Below are positions 7,728 to 10,854 of a DNA stretch of 10,854 bases, in pieces (positions within the stretch are counted from its first letter, which is position 1; each line of letters opens with the position of its first letter). Location: NCBI GenBank assembly GCA_000388065.2, contig KB932202.1. One strand, 5' to 3'. Position numbers and translations under genes: made by a program. The stretch comes from Fonticula alba ATCC 38817 (Eukaryota; Protista; Nucleariida). The notes beneath the pieces were generated by a model. It saw nothing but the letters and a program-made list of their open reading frames with translations. It had not been told where the DNA came from and ran no database searches.

Positions 7728-8143
7728 CATGGCCATCTGTGGGGTGTTTGCGTGTGTCTCCAAGTGCCACCTCTTTCGGGCACAACCATCTCGGCTTGCG
7801 CCTGTTGACACCATCGTCGGGTCGGGCGCAGAGGGGCGCCGGGTTAAGTGAGTTACATGCGTTGGCGTGATCGTCGGATCACGCCCGATCGGCTTTTCTG
7901 CGCTTCTCCCAACACCCGGCGCCGGGGAAGGGGGCCAGGAGCGTGGGAGGTGGGGGGCAACGGTGGCGGCGGCGGCGGCGGCTGGGCGAGCATGTTCCTG
8001 GACACGGGGCGTACGAATGTCCCTCGCCCCCCCCCCCCCCTCGCCGGAGGAGCACCTCGGTGCGGGAAGCAGGAGGGGTGACACACGCGCGCACGCGCGC
8101 CAGCACGCAGACACGAAAATGAGCGGGCTATTTGCGTGTGTAG

Positions 8144-8202
8144 GTGTGTGCGTATATGCATGTGTGTGTGTGTGTGCGTGTGTATATGCGCGTGCATGCG
8201 TG
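8144..8202 (+). repeat. 59-nt perfect purine/pyrimidine alternation (TG/CG/TA/CA mix)
   Basis: gtgtgtgcgtatatgcatgtgtgtgtgtgtgtgcgtgtgtatatgcgcgtgcatgcgtg alternates R/Y without a break. Confidence 0.9.
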
Positions 8203-8688
8203 ACGCCGGGAGCACTGGTCTCTCGGTCTTGCCTTGTAGCCCGCCGAGTGGAACGGGCAAGCGTCGATGCTGGGGGGGGGGGAGGGCGGATCAGGCGTTC
8301 TTGCCAGAGACACAGGAAGAGTGGCCTCGGAGCGTCACCCTCCCTACTGGGGGCGCGGGTCGGTATGCTTGCTCGATCCATGGCGGGCGGGGGTAAAAGA
8401 TGCACCCTGCGCGCCTCCCTTCGGGCGGCGAGTGTGCGCGCACGTTTCAGCCCCTATTAGCCCCCCCCCCTCGCCCGCCCCTCGAGGGGATGCGACTTTT
8501 CGCACAGGCACCAGACCGCCGCCGATCCTGGACACTTGCCTTCGGTGATAGGGGATGGGGGAGTAGAGCGCCCTGTGCTGCGCCCGCGGGCGCCCCGCAT
8601 TGTCGCCGACCGACTTCACGGTATCCAGCCAGAGTCCCGGGGCCCCTGAGATACGTTGTCAGCCCCCGCGCCCCCTTCTCCCGCGACT

Positions 8689-8750
8689 CGCGCGCGCGCG
8701 CGCGCGAACAAGGAAAGGTGGATGGGAGCAAGGGGGAGAGAGAGAGAGAG
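8689..8750 (+). repeat. (CG)9 at 8689-8706 followed by a purine-rich stretch and (GA)7 at 8736-8750
   Basis: Direct read. Confidence 0.9.
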
Positions 8751-10854
8751 TACTAGTGGGAAAGTGCGCGAGAGGGACGGGGAAGAAGAGCGTCGGCGTG
8801 TGCCGGGACGCCGTGAATGGCCGCCGTGCTGCCTCCCCCCCCCCCCCCCCCCCCGGTGTCAGGACTGGCAGTGCCCCTCTCCGCGGGAGCTCGGCCCATC
8901 GGCCGCCGGCCCGTGCATGCCCGCCGAACGAGACGCTCCTCACACGCCCGCATCCATGCCTGCATGTGGGCATGTGTGTGTGCGCGAGGACGCACGTACA
9001 CCCGGGCGGCGGATTGGCTGTCACGTCCCGCCTGGCGCCAGGGCGCCGGGCGGTCGTCATTATTGCGCCCCGGCAGTTATCTGGAACCGGCGGCTGCCCC
9101 ACGCGCGGGGGGCTATGCGCATATGCATGCCCCCTCTTCGCCCCGTCCAACCTCCCCCGCCCTCCCCCTCCGGGTAGTACGGTGGCCGGTGGCCGGGCGG
9201 AGGCCGGCACCAGCCTTTGCTGGGGAATTGCCCGCGTGTCGGGTACCGTGCCATTGGACCGCAGCATTGCCCCATCCGCAGGCCCCCGCACGGGGAACGG
9301 CCGGTTTGTGGGGGAACGGGGCAGCATGAGTGTCCGGCGCGGGGCCACGACATTCTCCGTCGCGGCCACACCCTCCTGCCCGGGGGCGGCTGGCGGATAC
9401 TTGTCCCAGCCTCGCAGTGGCGCTGTCCTTTGCCCCCGGGTGCGCGCGCGACCCGACGCCGAGGGTCGGCGCCTCTGGGGGCCTGATAGTTGGGGGGGGG
9501 GGCGATTGCGCCGGGTGGGTGTTTTGACCGGCGGGTCTTCGCCTCTCCAGCGCGCCGACCCAGCCGGAGGCCGACCAGCGGTAGTCTCTCCAGACCGGTT
9601 GATTGTCCGGGGCAAATCCCCCGCCCCGTGCTCTCCTTCGAGTGCGCAGGCATTCCGGGCGTTGGGCTCTCTCTCGTGCCCTTTGGTCCCCGGTCGACTC
9701 TGCGGGGGGACGTCCATGCCTCTGAGTCATCGCGGAAAGGGGAGCGCAGGCCGCGCCTCCCGTGCCTCTCGCCCGGGCCCCTCCGTGGGGGCCCAGGCCC
9801 ATTCTTGTCGGTGTGCCTTCGCGCGCGGGGAAGTGCGGCCGTCCGTCCGTGCGTGTGTGTGTGTGTATCCCAGTGCGCGCGCTCGCCCACACTCTTGGGC
9901 TCTTTACGACATCTCCCCCCCACCGTCGGGACATGTCTCGCCGGCCGGGCCCGCAAGAGAGTGGGCCAGGCCTCCGGCAGCCGGGCCCCTGACGGAGAGG
10001 TGTTCCCCCGGTGGCTGCTGCTCCCCCGGGGCCCCGGCACACCCGCACGTACATACGCACCCCCCCCACCCGCACACCCCCACGCGCCGATTGGCAGATG
10101 GTGGGCCGTGCGCGAGGGACCCCTTTTTTTTTTCCTGCCGCGCGGGGGTGTGTACCGCTGGCCTTCTCTTACTTCCATTTCCTCGGGCCTGCGCCTCCAC
10201 TTCCTCCTGAGTTTGTTCCGGCCGCCCGCGCCCGTGCTCCGGCTCTTTTGCGACTACCGCACGCTTCTGGGCTCCGGTCCGCCGGACAGGCACTGGTTGT
10301 CCACCTACTGGATAGGTGTCGGCGCAGGCTCCTCTGCCCCAAAGAGGCCCGGCAGCGGCGAAGACCGGGGGGGGGGGGGGGCTCCCTGCGGTCGATCACG
10401 GCGACCCTTCGGGAGCCGCTCACCGCGCACCCCGCCCTGTGGAGCGGGAGGGGCAGGCGGTGGCCCGGCCCGGCGCAGGGTCTCTCGGCGACCTGGACCT
10501 TTGCAACCCGCTGCCCCTCCGCTGGTCCCCGGTGGAGGCCAACACGGGGCGCCGGGCGGATGTTTGTCCGGCGAGCGGCCGTTGAGCGGCACCGGGGCCC
10601 CAGCCTTCGGGCGCAATTTCCCGAGCCGGAGGAGACCATGCCCCCGGACACCCTTCGGCCCGTGTGGACCCGGGCAGAAGGGGCCAGGGCATGGGCGCTC
10701 GGGCGGCGGCCGGTTGGCAGGGTGGCCGGACGGCTGGCCGGGCGAGTGAGGCCCAATGTCGGCGCATCCGCCCGCCCGGCCGGGAACGTGCGCATCCCGC
10801 ATGCCGGGTTAATAAGGCCCGTGTGTCCGGCTGCCGGGTCTCCCCCCCCTCCCC

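Noticed and set aside
8941-8978. Imperfect hairpin CACACGCCCGCAT/ATGTGGGCATGTGTG
   Set aside because: RY-alternating low-complexity sequence self-pairs easily, and the stem is bulged with a G-U pair.
9108-9134. Palindrome TATGCGCATA within a GGGGGC..GCCCCC stem
   Set aside because: It is short and expected by chance in GC/RY-rich DNA.
8600-10210. 536-aa + strand ORF and overlapping 300-400 aa ORFs on both strands
   Set aside because: They lack the codon bias of the real exons, read through microsatellites and homopolymers, and stops are naturally rare at this GC content.
10801-10820. Minus-strand AACCCGGC resembling the RNase P RNA 3' conserved region
   Set aside because: The rest of the motif and the partner conserved regions are absent.
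1-10854. CRISPR arrays, tRNA/rRNA genes, transposase or retroelement ORFs, operon-type prokaryotic systems
   Set aside because: I saw no spaced direct repeats, cloverleaf or rRNA signatures, terminal repeats or catalytic motifs. The window is intron-containing eukaryotic DNA.

Overview
This is very GC-rich (roughly 65-70% by eye), intron-containing eukaryotic genomic DNA from a draft assembly with two N gaps (2407-2416, 3236-3285). It is not prokaryotic, and most long ORFs in the six-frame track are GC-richness artefacts. Splice signals are GTRYGY-type donors, CTRAC-type branch points and YAG acceptors, consistent with a fungus-related or other GC-rich protist; the organism is inference only. 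All supported genes are on the + strand. (1) A 5'-truncated 5-exon gene (206-1798) encodes TM3-TM7 of a 7TM membrane protein that resembles the receptor half of 7TM-RGS proteins (AtRGS1-type) but stops after a low-complexity tail with no RGS box. (2) A second gene starts at 2534 with TM1-TM2 of the same kind of 7TM domain. By reading phase it can splice across the 50-N gap into an 867-nt exon (3410-4276) with no further TM helices, ending in a small fold with RGS-like or LOTUS/winged-helix-like spacing. (3) A large exon (5927-7323) encodes an intrinsically disordered protein with an uncertain 5' end. The last 3.5 kb has no convincing gene, but carries Z-DNA-prone tracts, AT-rich motifs, a long nested hairpin and one coding-like frameshifted stretch. 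The most notable observations are the apparently complementary halves of a 7TM(-RGS) receptor in two adjacent genes, and introns whose best branch point often lies far (48-218 nt) upstream of the acceptor across AG-free zones containing hairpins or triplet repeats.
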